Virus record (IMG/VR): IMGVR_UViG_3300009156_000026
Location: 1-37,733 of that record
Length of the DNA stretch: 37,733 bases
Strand: one strand, 5' to 3'
Origin: a virus
A model generated the notes under the pieces. It saw nothing but the letters and a program-made list of their open reading frames with translations, did no database searches and had not been told where the DNA came from. The first letter of the stretch is position 1; every line of letters starts with the position of its first letter. Below, in pieces: positions 25,164-34,057 of this stretch. Made by a program: the position numbers and the translations under genes.

Positions 25164-25985
25164 ATGAAGATCTTCCTGAGCGGCAAGATCGACCGTCAGC
25201 ACGGCGCGTGGCGCGACAAGCTCGTCGGTAGCACCTACGACTACCAGACCCAGCGCCAGCGTCCGCATTGGGAGATCGAGGTCTCGCTGCAAGACAACGA
25301 CACCTGGGCCCACGACATCCCGCCCTGGCCCCGCGCCGCCAACACCTGGATCCTTGGCCACCACGAGTACGTGGGCCCGTACCGCGTCGATCTCGCTGAG
25401 GATGACGATGACAACAGCAGCCTCGGTACCTTCCATGGCTCGACCTGGGACGGCAGCCATGGGGTCATGACCGACGACACCCGCGTGGCCGTCGCCTCGG
25501 AGTGCCGCCAGGGCATCGCTCGGGCTGACCTCGTCTTCGCCTACCTCAACACCCCGGATTGCTTCGGCACCCTGGTCGAGATCGGCGTAGCTCTGGCCCT
25601 GGGTCGCTTCACCTACGTGGTCATCAGCGACGAGGCCGAGTGGGAGTACGGCGACTACTGGCTGATCGAGGCGATGGGGGCCCGCCTGCGCTACCTGGAG
25701 TACCCTGAGTCACGCCTCTGGGCTGCTGACCCGCCGCCGCCCGAGCCGGTCCTGCTCGACCTCCACCTCCGCGACGCCATCATCGCCTGGGCCGCGACCG
25801 TCGGGGAGCGTCAGCCGACCAGCCTGACACCTGCCCACCGCCCGACCATCGCGATCCGTATGCTCGACTCCGAGGAGCGGACCGAGATCGCCCGCTCGTT
25901 CAACCTGATCGCGCGTTGGACCTCCGACCCCAGAGTTCGCGCTGAGGCCCGCCGCATGCTCGGTCGTCTGGCTGGTGCTTCCTGA
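25164..25985 (+). CDS. Nucleoside 2-deoxyribosyltransferase-like protein
   Basis: KIFLSGKI N-terminus; IARADLVFAYL...GTLVEIG.A.ALGR catalytic-Glu motif. Confidence 0.78.
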   Translation: MKIFLSGKIDRQHGAWRDKLVGSTYDYQTQRQRPHWEIEVSLQDNDTWAHDIPPWPRAANTWILGHHEYVGPYRVDLAEDDDDNSSLGTFHGSTWDGSHGVMTDDTRVAVASECRQGIARADLVFAYLNTPDCFGTLVEIGVALALGRFTYVVISDEAEWEYGDYWLIEAMGARLRYLEYPESRLWAADPPPPEPVLLDLHLRDAIIAWAATVGERQPTSLTPAHRPTIAIRMLDSEERTEIARSFNLIARWTSDPRVRAEARRMLGRLAGAS

Positions 25986-25995
25986 GGACCCGCCC

Positions 25996-26544
25996 ATGGA
26001 CTCCCCGTCGAAACCGATCAGCTTCGTCGACCACCTCGACCCGCCCGACCAGCCGTTCTCCGAGGTCCCCTCCAGATGGCGACCTGGGGAGAGGGGCCCC
26101 AGCGTTCGCGGCCCGCAGGGCCCGACCGCCGAGATGCGGGAGCAGGTCGAGCGCGATCGGAAGCTGAAGCGTGCGATCGAGGACGAGAAGAAGCGGGCCT
26201 GGATCGAGGCCGGCAACGAGCTCCGTCAGCCGCCAGAGTACCGAGGGCGGGTGTTCGAGCACGTCGACCATGACGGCGTCCACCCGACCGCCTTCCCGCC
26301 CCTCCGCTGGGGGCCCCAGGAGGGTCTCTCCGACGAGTACATCGCCTTCCAGGACTGGAACCAGACCCGCTACGAGACCCACCCCGACTCGTACTGCGTC
26401 GCCTGTACCATTCGCTACAACGCCCGTCCAGGCGGCAAGTGCGGTCCCTGCATCGGGGCCGAGGCCAAGGCTAAGGAGGCCAAGGCGCTGCCGCTCTTCG
26501 ACGACGTGCCGCTCCAGATCAGCCTGCCGGAGTACCCGGACTAA
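25996..26544 (+). CDS. Hypothetical protein with CxxC...CxxC
   Basis: GAGGA SD; CVAC...CGPC; TAATG coupling to next gene. Confidence 0.65.
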   Translation: MDSPSKPISFVDHLDPPDQPFSEVPSRWRPGERGPSVRGPQGPTAEMREQVERDRKLKRAIEDEKKRAWIEAGNELRQPPEYRGRVFEHVDHDGVHPTAFPPLRWGPQEGLSDEYIAFQDWNQTRYETHPDSYCVACTIRYNARPGGKCGPCIGAEAKAKEAKALPLFDDVPLQISLPEYPD

Positions 26545-27677
26545 TGCCGAACAAGCAGAACCCGTTCGACGACGAGTCCTGGGTCGACAAGGCCCAGCGG
26601 CTGCTTGGCGCGCGGGACATGCAGACGGTCTTCGAGGAGGCCAAGCGGGACATGCAGACGGTCTTCGAGGAGGCCAAGCGGGCGGCCATCGAGAAGGAGA
26701 TGGCCGCCCGCTTGGCCGCTCAGCAGCAGCGTGACTTCTGGGAGGCCCAGCAGGACCAGCGGGCCGTTCCGTTCCTCCCGCAGTTCCCGCAGGGCCCGGG
26801 TCCCTCGGTCGACGGGTATACCAGCCAGCTTCGGAGCGTCCAGGCCCGCCAGCAGCGGCTCGCCACGGCCCGCCTGCTCGGGTCCAACGGCCAGCGGGCC
26901 GACGCCGCCGCCGAGGCCGTCCGTCAGGACCTGGGGCGGCTCCTCAAGCAGGCTATCGAGGTCGGGCTGATCAGCGAGGAGCAGGCCGTCGCCATGATCG
27001 TCGCCGGCGGCGTCAACAACGAGCCGATGGGCCCAGCCGACGCCGTCACCCAGGTCCAGGCGGCCCTGGCCCAGGCCGTCGCGAGCGGAGCGCTTTCCGA
27101 GGCCCGCTCGCGACAGATGTCGCTCGCCCTGGTGTCGGCCAGCGAGCCCGGCGTCCCCATGGACGTCCGTGCTTCGCCCGACCTCCGCGACCCGCTCGGC
27201 CAGGGCGCGACCCGCCCCGCAAGCCTCCGGCTGCCCGCCGACGGGCTCCCAGACCCCCGCGACCCGCTCGATCGCGACGCCCTGCTGGCGCTGGCCCTCA
27301 GAAGTCAGCCTGAGCCCGGGAAGTACGTCGAGGAGCCCGACCTCCAGGTCCTGGTACGGTCCTTGCCGGGTCTGCTGGCCGAGATCGACCGCCTGGAGGA
27401 CCTCGTCTACGACGCCTTGACGCTCCGTCCATGCCACAACACCGAGCACGACGAGTGGCACCGCGACGCGGCCATCCCCTGCGCGGATCAGGCGTCCTCG
27501 GCCGTCCTGGCGCTGCTCGACCGCCTGGGGGTCCCGCCGACGGGCCTCCCGAGGCGGGCCCACCTCGGGGCCGACGGTCGCCGTGCCCGCTGCTGCGCGC
27601 AAGACGGGCGGATCGGGACGTGGCTGCTCTACGGGCAGACCCTCGACCCCCAGGCCAGCTTCAGCGGCGATCGCTAG
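26544..27677 (+). CDS. Hypothetical protein
   Basis: Coupled start, coding-like composition. Confidence 0.65.
   Translation: MPNKQNPFDDESWVDKAQRLLGARDMQTVFEEAKRDMQTVFEEAKRAAIEKEMAARLAAQQQRDFWEAQQDQRAVPFLPQFPQGPGPSVDGYTSQLRSVQARQQRLATARLLGSNGQRADAAAEAVRQDLGRLLKQAIEVGLISEEQAVAMIVAGGVNNEPMGPADAVTQVQAALAQAVASGALSEARSRQMSLALVSASEPGVPMDVRASPDLRDPLGQGATRPASLRLPADGLPDPRDPLDRDALLALALRSQPEPGKYVEEPDLQVLVRSLPGLLAEIDRLEDLVYDALTLRPCHNTEHDEWHRDAAIPCADQASSAVLALLDRLGVPPTGLPRRAHLGADGRRARCCAQDGRIGTWLLYGQTLDPQASFSGDR
26612..26682 (+). repeat. Exact in-frame 33-bp tandem duplication (RDMQTVFEEAK x2)
   Basis: GCGGGACATGCAGACGGTCTTCGAGGAGGCCAA twice plus GCGGG. Confidence 0.9.
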
Positions 27678-28015
27678 CCCCTCGTCACGCCTGTCCTATC
27701 GCAAACCGCACGCTCCCGAGTCGATTTCACACCGTACTGTGAAAATCTCCGCAAGATCTGCCCGATCCAGGACCCCTTATGCGTGTTTTGGGAGGTGGCC
27801 GTCGTATATTCTAGCTAGCGCGCGCGCACGGTGCGCAGCAATCGACGCTGCGTCACAGGCGCGCTACGGTCGCCCAGCCGGGGCCTCGGGAGGCGCCCTG
27901 ATCTGGTAGGTTGGGCGGTGCTGCGCCGCAGGCGGTCATTGACCGTCCGTCTCCGTCCCTCGCAGCGCCCGTTGCGGGCGCGCTGGCGGGGGCAAGCCCA
28001 CGGAGGTCCCCACCG

Positions 28016-28819
28016 ATGCCCACGTTGACGAGCTCCTACAAGTCCCAGAGCGAGGCGGGGCGGCTCCTGAAGGTCCCGGAGTCGACGCTGCGGTCGTGGA
28101 TCAAGAAGTTCCGACCGTACGTCATCTGGACCATCGACAGCCAGACCCTCAAGCCGATCTACGACATGGACCGCCTGCGCGAGATCCACTACGTCTGCAA
28201 GGTCTGGGGCAAGCACCCCGTCATCCGCTCCCACGAGGAGATCGGCCGCGAGCTCGCCCGCCGCTACCCGATCGAGGCCGCCACGGCCGGCATCGAGTCG
28301 CCGCCCGAGCCCGACTTCGAGACCCTGACCGCCCCGACCCTGGCCGCCACGGGGTCCGACACCCTGGCCGCCGTCACGCTCCTGACCGAGGCTGCCTCGG
28401 CCCTGACCGACGCCACCGCGTCGTTGGCCGCGATCGCCAACGGGCCCGTCGTCGACAGCGACGTCCTGGCGCTGCGTGCCGACGTGGGCGAGCTTCGGCT
28501 GTTCGTGACCGAGCTCAAGCAGTCGGCCGACCAGCTTGCTCGGCTGACCGAGGCCGTCCCGTTGCTGGCCCGTCAGGTCCAACTGGCCGAGCTCCTGGTC
28601 GCCCACGGCGATCGTCGCGAGGGCGTCCAGGTCGCGATCCTGGCCCACCTCGAACGGCAGGCCGAGGTGGACTCCTGGTGGCACTGGTACTGGTTCTCGC
28701 CGCTCTTCATCTGGGCGGCCTTGACCGATCGGCTCCGTGGCGCCCATCATGAGGACGACCACCAGCAGCCGACCATGCGGCCTCAGCTTGAGCTCGTCGC
28801 TCCCCAGGAGGGCCCGTGA
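28016..28819 (+). CDS. MerR-like HTH protein with coiled-coil C-terminus
   Basis: SQSEAGRLLKVPESTLRSWIKKF...Y...L; GGAGG SD. Confidence 0.78.
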   Translation: MPTLTSSYKSQSEAGRLLKVPESTLRSWIKKFRPYVIWTIDSQTLKPIYDMDRLREIHYVCKVWGKHPVIRSHEEIGRELARRYPIEAATAGIESPPEPDFETLTAPTLAATGSDTLAAVTLLTEAASALTDATASLAAIANGPVVDSDVLALRADVGELRLFVTELKQSADQLARLTEAVPLLARQVQLAELLVAHGDRREGVQVAILAHLERQAEVDSWWHWYWFSPLFIWAALTDRLRGAHHEDDHQQPTMRPQLELVAPQEGP

Positions 28820-29079
28820 AGCTGACCCTGTCGATCGAGGTCGAGCACGACCTCCTCCCGATCTCGACGCTGCTCTTCGCCCTGCCCGACGCGCTGGACT
28901 CGGTCCGTGTCGCGACCTCGGCCGGGGTCCAGGCGACGGGCCCGCTGGGCATGGACGTCCAGGTCCCCGGCACCCAGCGGCTCGCCCGGGTCCACTTCAC
29001 GCTGGGCTTCGCGGAGACCGCCGAGCGGATGCCGACTGCGAGTCCATCCGCAGCACCCGATGCGGCGCGCAGCGAGTGA
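28816..29079 (+). CDS. Hypothetical protein
   Basis: AGGAGG SD, GTGA overlap. Confidence 0.65.
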   Translation: MKLTLSIEVEHDLLPISTLLFALPDALDSVRVATSAGVQATGPLGMDVQVPGTQRLARVHFTLGFAETAERMPTASPSAAPDAARSE

Positions 29080-29083
29080 CACC

Positions 29084-29398
29084 GTGGTGACGCTGATGCC
29101 GCTCTCCGACGAGCCCGGCGGCCCCGAGCCCCTGGCCCAGAACGGGATGCAGGGGGTGATCGTCTACTGGCAGGGCCCGGCGCCCGTGACGGGCACCAGG
29201 ACCACACGGCGACGGGCCGTCGCCCTCCGCCCGGTCTGGCAGGCCCAGTTCGTCCGCTTCGAGGCGCTGGGTGAGCATGGGCGGCCGACCTCGGTCGACG
29301 ACATCCACCGCGTGACGCGGCTGGCGTACGCGTTCGCAGCCTCGATCCACCCGATCCCGTCGTCGGCCGAGATCTACTACGAGCTCCGTCTCGGATGA
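29084..29398 (+). CDS. Hypothetical protein (start uncertain)
   Basis: 3' part of ORF 28907-29398; ATGA overlap with resolvase. Confidence 0.5.
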   Translation: MVTLMPLSDEPGGPEPLAQNGMQGVIVYWQGPAPVTGTRTTRRRAVALRPVWQAQFVRFEALGEHGRPTSVDDIHRVTRLAYAFAASIHPIPSSAEIYYELRLG

Positions 29399-30045
29399 CG
29401 TCTCTGACGGCGCTCGACCTGTCCCTGACCGCCACGGGCCTGTTTCACGGTGACCCGCTCGACCCGAGCATCCCCTGGCACGCGGAGGAGATCGCCACGC
29501 CCGATCGGAAGACGGGCGAGGGAGACGTCTCCTGGAACGCCCGTCGGTTCGACGCCTTCTCGGGCAAGCTGTTGGCGCACCTGGAGCAGTTCTCCCCACG
29601 GCTTGTGGTCCTGGAGGTCACGGGCCACGCCCACCAGTTCTACACCCGCGACGGTGAGCGCCAGTCGACCTCTAGAGGCCAGGAGTTCCGGGCCGGCCTC
29701 GGGTTGGGACGGGCGTTAGGCTGGATCGACGGCACCCTGGTCCTCGCTGCCGCCTACGGCTACGGCCCCGCCCGTACCGACACGATCGAGGCCAGAGACG
29801 CCAAGCTGCGGGTCACCGGCAACCAGGGCGCCTCCAAGGCGACCGTCCGCGCCAAGCTCAAGGAGCTTTTCGGCTGGGACACCGCCGACTGGAAAGAATC
29901 CGAGGTCGATGCCTTAGCTGCCGGCCTCGGCTGGGTCCGTCAGCAAGCCCTGCTGGCCCATGAGCAGCGGATCCGGGCCCAGGGTGAAGCCCAGGCTGCC
30001 CGCCGACGGGCTCCCAGACGGATCAGGCCCCGCATCCTGGGCTAG
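29395..30045 (+). CDS. RuvC-like Holliday junction resolvase
   Basis: ALDLSLTATG, VVLE, TGNQGASK..V, E.DALA acidic catalytic pattern. Confidence 0.85.
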   Translation: MTSLTALDLSLTATGLFHGDPLDPSIPWHAEEIATPDRKTGEGDVSWNARRFDAFSGKLLAHLEQFSPRLVVLEVTGHAHQFYTRDGERQSTSRGQEFRAGLGLGRALGWIDGTLVLAAAYGYGPARTDTIEARDAKLRVTGNQGASKATVRAKLKELFGWDTADWKESEVDALAAGLGWVRQQALLAHEQRIRAQGEAQAARRRAPRRIRPRILG

Positions 30046-30218
30046 ACCCCTCTGGGGTGCAGGTGGTGGTGGTGCAGCGCCGCCGCCACGACGAAGAACA
30101 GCAGCCCGAGCGGGGTGAGCCCGACCGTGCCGGCTGCCTCGACGCCGAACGTCACCAGCAGGAAGCAGGCGGCGGCCAGGACGAAGAACGCCAGCGTGAC
30201 GAGGTGCAGCGTGGTCAC
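30042..30218 (-). CDS. Small two-TM membrane protein
   Basis: GGGAGG SD, GTG; two hydrophobic helices, His-rich tail. Confidence 0.65.
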   Translation of the reverse strand: MTTLHLVTLAFFVLAAACFLLVTFGVEAAGTVGLTPLGLLFFVVAAALHHHHLHPRGV

Positions 30219-30254
30219 CTTCGACCTCCCGTAGCTACCTGGATTGGGCACTTG

Positions 30255-30287
30255 ATACTAGCGCAGCACCGGCTGCTGCGCTAGTAT
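30255..30287. promoter_or_regulatory. 14-bp perfect inverted repeat with outward-facing TAGTAT on both strands
   Basis: ATACTAGCGCAGCA-CCGGC-TGCTGCGCTAGTAT between divergent genes. Confidence 0.55.
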
Positions 30288-30337
30288 GGGCGGAGACCCG
30301 TGGCTCTTTCTGTCCCGATCGCCCCTGGAGGCCCTGG

Positions 30338-30412
30338 ATGGACGCCACCGTCGCCGTCAAGAAGTGCAAAAGCTGTGGAAAGTACCACAGCGGACCGTGT
30401 CCCAAGAAGTAG
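30338..30412 (+). CDS. 24-aa CxxCxxxHxxxC zinc-knuckle microprotein (not in ORF track)
   Basis: GGAGG SD; MDATVAVKKCKSCGKYHSGPCPKK. Confidence 0.55.
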   Translation: MDATVAVKKCKSCGKYHSGPCPKK

Positions 30413-30421
30413 CCGCAGGCC

Positions 30422-30565
30422 GTGCCATTTAAGTCGGAATCGCAGCGCCGCTGGATGTGGGCTACCCACCCACGGATGGCCCGCCGCTGGCAGCGTGAGA
30501 CGCCGAAGGGCAAGAAGCTCCCGAAGCATGTCCGCTCCAGGCGGCGGCCGAAGGGACGCCGTTAG
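30422..30565 (+). CDS. Small basic phage protein of MPFKS..QRRWM type, 47 aa (not in ORF track)
   Basis: MPFKSESQRRWMWATHPRMARRWQRETPKGKKLPKHV...; stop abuts next ATG. Confidence 0.75.
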   Translation: MPFKSESQRRWMWATHPRMARRWQRETPKGKKLPKHVRSRRRPKGRR

Positions 30566-31111
30566 ATGTTGGCGCCAGCACTCGTCGACCAAGCCCCGCC
30601 CCCGCCCCACGTCCGCAAGGAAGGGCGGCTGTTCATCGGCCGCTTCCTGGTCCCCGACCAGCCGTTCCTGCTCCCGAGGCCCTGCCCGGCCTGCTCGGGC
30701 CCGGCCATGCACGACGACGGCGACCTCAAGTGCCTCTGGTGCGCCAGGGAGCTCATCGTCGCCAGGATCTCCCCCGAGGGCCGCGTGCAGGCCCTCGATC
30801 TGCGCCACCCCAGAGAGGTCGCCCTGGTCCGCATCAACACGGGCCAGATTCGACGGGCCGCCCGCACCCTGTCGAAGAGCGAGGGCGTCACCGGGCTCCA
30901 GGCCAGGGTCCTGAAGCTGGTCCCACGGGGCCCGGACGGCCACGCCGTGGTCGAGGCGATCTCGCGGACGCTCTCGGTCAGGCGGGAGCTCGTCCGATCG
31001 GCGCTCGACGCCCTGGAGAGCGACGGTCTCGTCGAGCGCTTCGTCTTCAATAAGGGGTACCGCGTCGGCTACCGCCGCGTGCCCCACCCGCGTTCGCAGG
31101 AGACCCGCTGA
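30566..31111 (+). CDS. Zn-ribbon plus winged-HTH protein (possible late regulator)
   Basis: CPAC...CLWC; LTGLQARVLKL...AISRTLSVRRELVRSALDALESDGLV. Confidence 0.7.
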   Translation: MLAPALVDQAPPPPHVRKEGRLFIGRFLVPDQPFLLPRPCPACSGPAMHDDGDLKCLWCARELIVARISPEGRVQALDLRHPREVALVRINTGQIRRAARTLSKSEGVTGLQARVLKLVPRGPDGHAVVEAISRTLSVRRELVRSALDALESDGLVERFVFNKGYRVGYRRVPHPRSQETR

Positions 31112-31593
31112 TGGCCCTCCCGGCCCCGATCTCCGTCCTCTACCCGCCGGATCACGACCACGAGACGCTCGATCCGGCCCCGTCCCCGCCGATCTTCGTG
31201 CCGTTGCCCGAGACCGACATCGGCCAGATCTACCGAGGCGATACCGTCCTGCTGCCGATCTGGTACGCCCTGGACTACTACGACGCCGAGAACATGGGCG
31301 GCGTGATCGACCTGACGGGCGGGAGCGTCTGGTTCACCGCCAAGATCGACCTCGACGAGCCCGATGAGTCCCCCTCGGCCATCCGTCGGACCACCGGCAA
31401 CGGGGGTGCGGTGATCGAGGTCGCCACGGCCGGGGCCTACCGCGTCTGGATCGACCCGGCCTCGACCTGGGCCCTCGACGACGACACCATGTACCTCTTC
31501 GACGTCCAGGTCACGACCGCCGAGCTCAGGACCGTCACCGTCAGGCGCGGGATCATGAAGGTCCTCAGAGACGTCACCCGCACCGTGGCCTAG
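31111..31593 (+). CDS. BppU-N-like baseplate/tail-associated protein
   Basis: IYRGDT...IDLTG..VWFTAK...Y.FDVQ...G...V.RDVTR. Confidence 0.7.
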   Translation: MALPAPISVLYPPDHDHETLDPAPSPPIFVPLPETDIGQIYRGDTVLLPIWYALDYYDAENMGGVIDLTGGSVWFTAKIDLDEPDESPSAIRRTTGNGGAVIEVATAGAYRVWIDPASTWALDDDTMYLFDVQVTTAELRTVTVRRGIMKVLRDVTRTVA

Positions 31594-31623
31594 CGCCTGA
31601 CAGCCGCCACAGGGAGCCCGCCG

Positions 31624-32238
31624 ATGCGCATGTCCGAGGCCGCCAAGAACCAGATGCTGGAGACGCTCGACGAGACGAATGCTGCGGGCGCCAAGTTCGG
31701 CTCGCTCCACGACGCCTACTCCGCGTCGGGATCTTCCGAGCTCTCGGGCGGCGCCCCGCCCTACGCCCGTAAGGCGCTGGTCTGGGGCCCGGCCGCCGTC
31801 GGCGCCAAGGCCACCTCGGCCGAGGTCCTCTTCGACATCCCCGGCGGGCGGTTCGTCCGCTTCATCGGCTTCTGGACGGCCGTGACTGGCGGCACCTTCC
31901 TCGGCATGACCCCCAACGGCGGCGGGCTGGTCCAGGCGTTCGTGGTCCCCAACACCACCACCGACGTCCTGCAATGTGTCGCCCACGGGCTGATCGACGA
32001 CGAGGCTGTGGTGGTCTGGGCCGTTCCCGGCGACCCGCTCCCAACCCCGCTCGTCGAGGGCACCGTCTACTACGTGGTCGCGTCCTCGCCCGACACCATG
32101 AAGCTCGCGGCCACCCTCGGAGGAGCCCCGATCGACCTCTCGACGATCGGGGCCGGCGAGCTCCAGAAGATCGTGCCCGAGCAGTTCGCGGCCCAGGGAT
32201 CGCACACCGTGACCTCGGTCACGATCAACCTGGACTAG
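31624..32238 (+). CDS. Virion structural (tail-associated) protein
   Basis: AKNQML...SLH...ELSGG.PPYARK...W...FDIP.G..V..IG.W.A.TGG.FLG; C-terminal L..GTVYYVV...KLA.T.GG..IDL. Confidence 0.65.
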   Translation: MRMSEAAKNQMLETLDETNAAGAKFGSLHDAYSASGSSELSGGAPPYARKALVWGPAAVGAKATSAEVLFDIPGGRFVRFIGFWTAVTGGTFLGMTPNGGGLVQAFVVPNTTTDVLQCVAHGLIDDEAVVVWAVPGDPLPTPLVEGTVYYVVASSPDTMKLAATLGGAPIDLSTIGAGELQKIVPEQFAAQGSHTVTSVTINLD

Positions 32239-34056
32239 ATGATGGCGATCGACTTCCCATCTGGCGACCCGAACCTCCCGCCGGCCGCCTTGACGGGCGA
32301 GAGCCTGGGCACGATGCACGGCGGGGCCGGCCACCCGGCCGTCACCAACCGCTTCATCACCAACATCAAGGCGCTGGCCCAGAAGCTCGGCTACGGCGCC
32401 GGGAGCGGGCCCGGCGCATCGGCCGGCGTCTTACGTCGAACCGGGACGGGCCTTTCTGACTGGGGGCTGGTCGTCGGCGGCGACATCGCCCCGGCCACCA
32501 TCGACCCATCGAAGCTGACGACCCCCGTCGGCACGGCCGGCGGGCCCCGCCTCGCCCTCGGCTACGCCCTGCCCTCGGAGATCAGCGGGCTGGCGCTGAC
32601 GACGGGCACCTGGAACACACTCGTCACCCTGCCGTCATTCACCGTCGACTCGGCCTCGTCGCTGGTCTCGGTCAGCATCCAGCTTTCGATGTTGGTCGGT
32701 GGCGGCACGGGCACGCAGGTCATGGGGCGACTGCTGCTCGATGGCACGACGCCGCTCCCGCTCGGCGGCCATTATCACGGCCCCACCGACTCGCCGTACT
32801 CGAACCCCGCGACGGGCGGCTCGACGGTCTGGCCCGGGTCGCTTGCGGCGGGATCTCACACCCTGGCGCTCCAGGTCTATCCGAACGCCACGGGCCAGAA
32901 TGTCTACTGCCGCGCCGTGACCTTGCCGAACCTGGAGTGGTTCCGCGCCCAGGTGGTCGAGCACAAAATGGGGGGCGCGGCCTGGACCCCGAGGGGCGCC
33001 TGGAGCAGCGCGATCGCCTACGGCGCCAACGACGTCGTCAATTACAACGGATCCTCGTACGTCGCGATCCAGACCGGCACCAACCAGCCGCCCTCCTCCT
33101 CCCCGACCTTCTGGGTCCTCTTAGCCTCGGTCGGGGGCTCGATCCTCTGGCGGGGCGCCTGGGCGGGTGCGACGGCGTACGCCGTCAACGACGTCGTCAC
33201 CCGGAGCGGGACCACCTACATCTGCATCCTGGCCTCGACGGGCCACGACCCCTCGACCGACGGCGGCGTCCACTGGGCCGTGATGGTCGCGCCCGGGACG
33301 ATGGCCAACCCGATGACGACGGCCGACGACATCATCGTCGGCGGATCGGGGGGGGCGCCGGCCAGACTCGCCAAGGGGCCTGCCAGCCGGGTGTTCGGGG
33401 TCGATGCCTCGGGCGTGCTCGGCTACCGTCAGGTCGTCGGCGCCGACCTTGTCGCCGGGACCCTCAACAGCACCCAGGTCGGGCTGGGGGCGGCCGGCAT
33501 CCACGGCAACCGCCTCGTCCCCCTGTCGATCACGTCCGCCGAGATCATGGACAGCGGGGTCACCGCCGCCAAGGTTGCCGACGGCGCGATCAACCGCTAC
33601 GCCCAGATCGCGGATGCCTTGATCATCGCCCAGAAGATCGCGGACGGGAACGTCACCTGGGCCAAGATGGCCGCCGGGGCGGCGACGAAGATCGCGGCCG
33701 GCGCGCTCGACGGCAACACCCTGACGCTGTCGGGCGGCTTCCAGACCTGCACCGGCACGCCGTGCTCGATCACCGTCAGCGCCGGCTCGTCCCTGCTGGT
33801 GATGTTCTGCGGCGAGCCGACCGCCTCCGGCTCGGCCAACCTGTACTTCCAGCTTACCGGGGCCACCGTCGCCAACTCCAACGCCTCTGCCTACCTCACC
33901 CCGACTCGCCAGAACATCGCCATCTTCAACTACTTCAACCCCAACGCTGGGACGCACACCGTCAGCATGATGGTCGCCGGCTCCGGCGTCTTCAACTCCA
34001 ACGCCGCGACCACCGTCGCCACCATCCTCGCCATCGAACTGAAGAAGCCGGGGTGA
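32239..34056 (+). CDS. Tail fibre / receptor-binding protein with CBM5/12-like repeats
   Basis: Two W..RGAW....Y..NDVV..(N/S)G..Y repeats; VTAAKVADGA-type repeats; Gly/Thr/Ala rich. Confidence 0.78.
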   Translation: MMAIDFPSGDPNLPPAALTGESLGTMHGGAGHPAVTNRFITNIKALAQKLGYGAGSGPGASAGVLRRTGTGLSDWGLVVGGDIAPATIDPSKLTTPVGTAGGPRLALGYALPSEISGLALTTGTWNTLVTLPSFTVDSASSLVSVSIQLSMLVGGGTGTQVMGRLLLDGTTPLPLGGHYHGPTDSPYSNPATGGSTVWPGSLAAGSHTLALQVYPNATGQNVYCRAVTLPNLEWFRAQVVEHKMGGAAWTPRGAWSSAIAYGANDVVNYNGSSYVAIQTGTNQPPSSSPTFWVLLASVGGSILWRGAWAGATAYAVNDVVTRSGTTYICILASTGHDPSTDGGVHWAVMVAPGTMANPMTTADDIIVGGSGGAPARLAKGPASRVFGVDASGVLGYRQVVGADLVAGTLNSTQVGLGAAGIHGNRLVPLSITSAEIMDSGVTAAKVADGAINRYAQIADALIIAQKIADGNVTWAKMAAGAATKIAAGALDGNTLTLSGGFQTCTGTPCSITVSAGSSLLVMFCGEPTASGSANLYFQLTGATVANSNASAYLTPTRQNIAIFNYFNPNAGTHTVSMMVAGSGVFNSNAATTVATILAIELKKPG

Positions 34057-34057
34057 C

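Noticed and set aside
29395-30045. TnpB/Cas12-like RNA-guided nuclease
   Set aside because: Only 216 aa, with a contiguous resolvase-type RuvC pattern and no Zn ribbon or REC/WED regions
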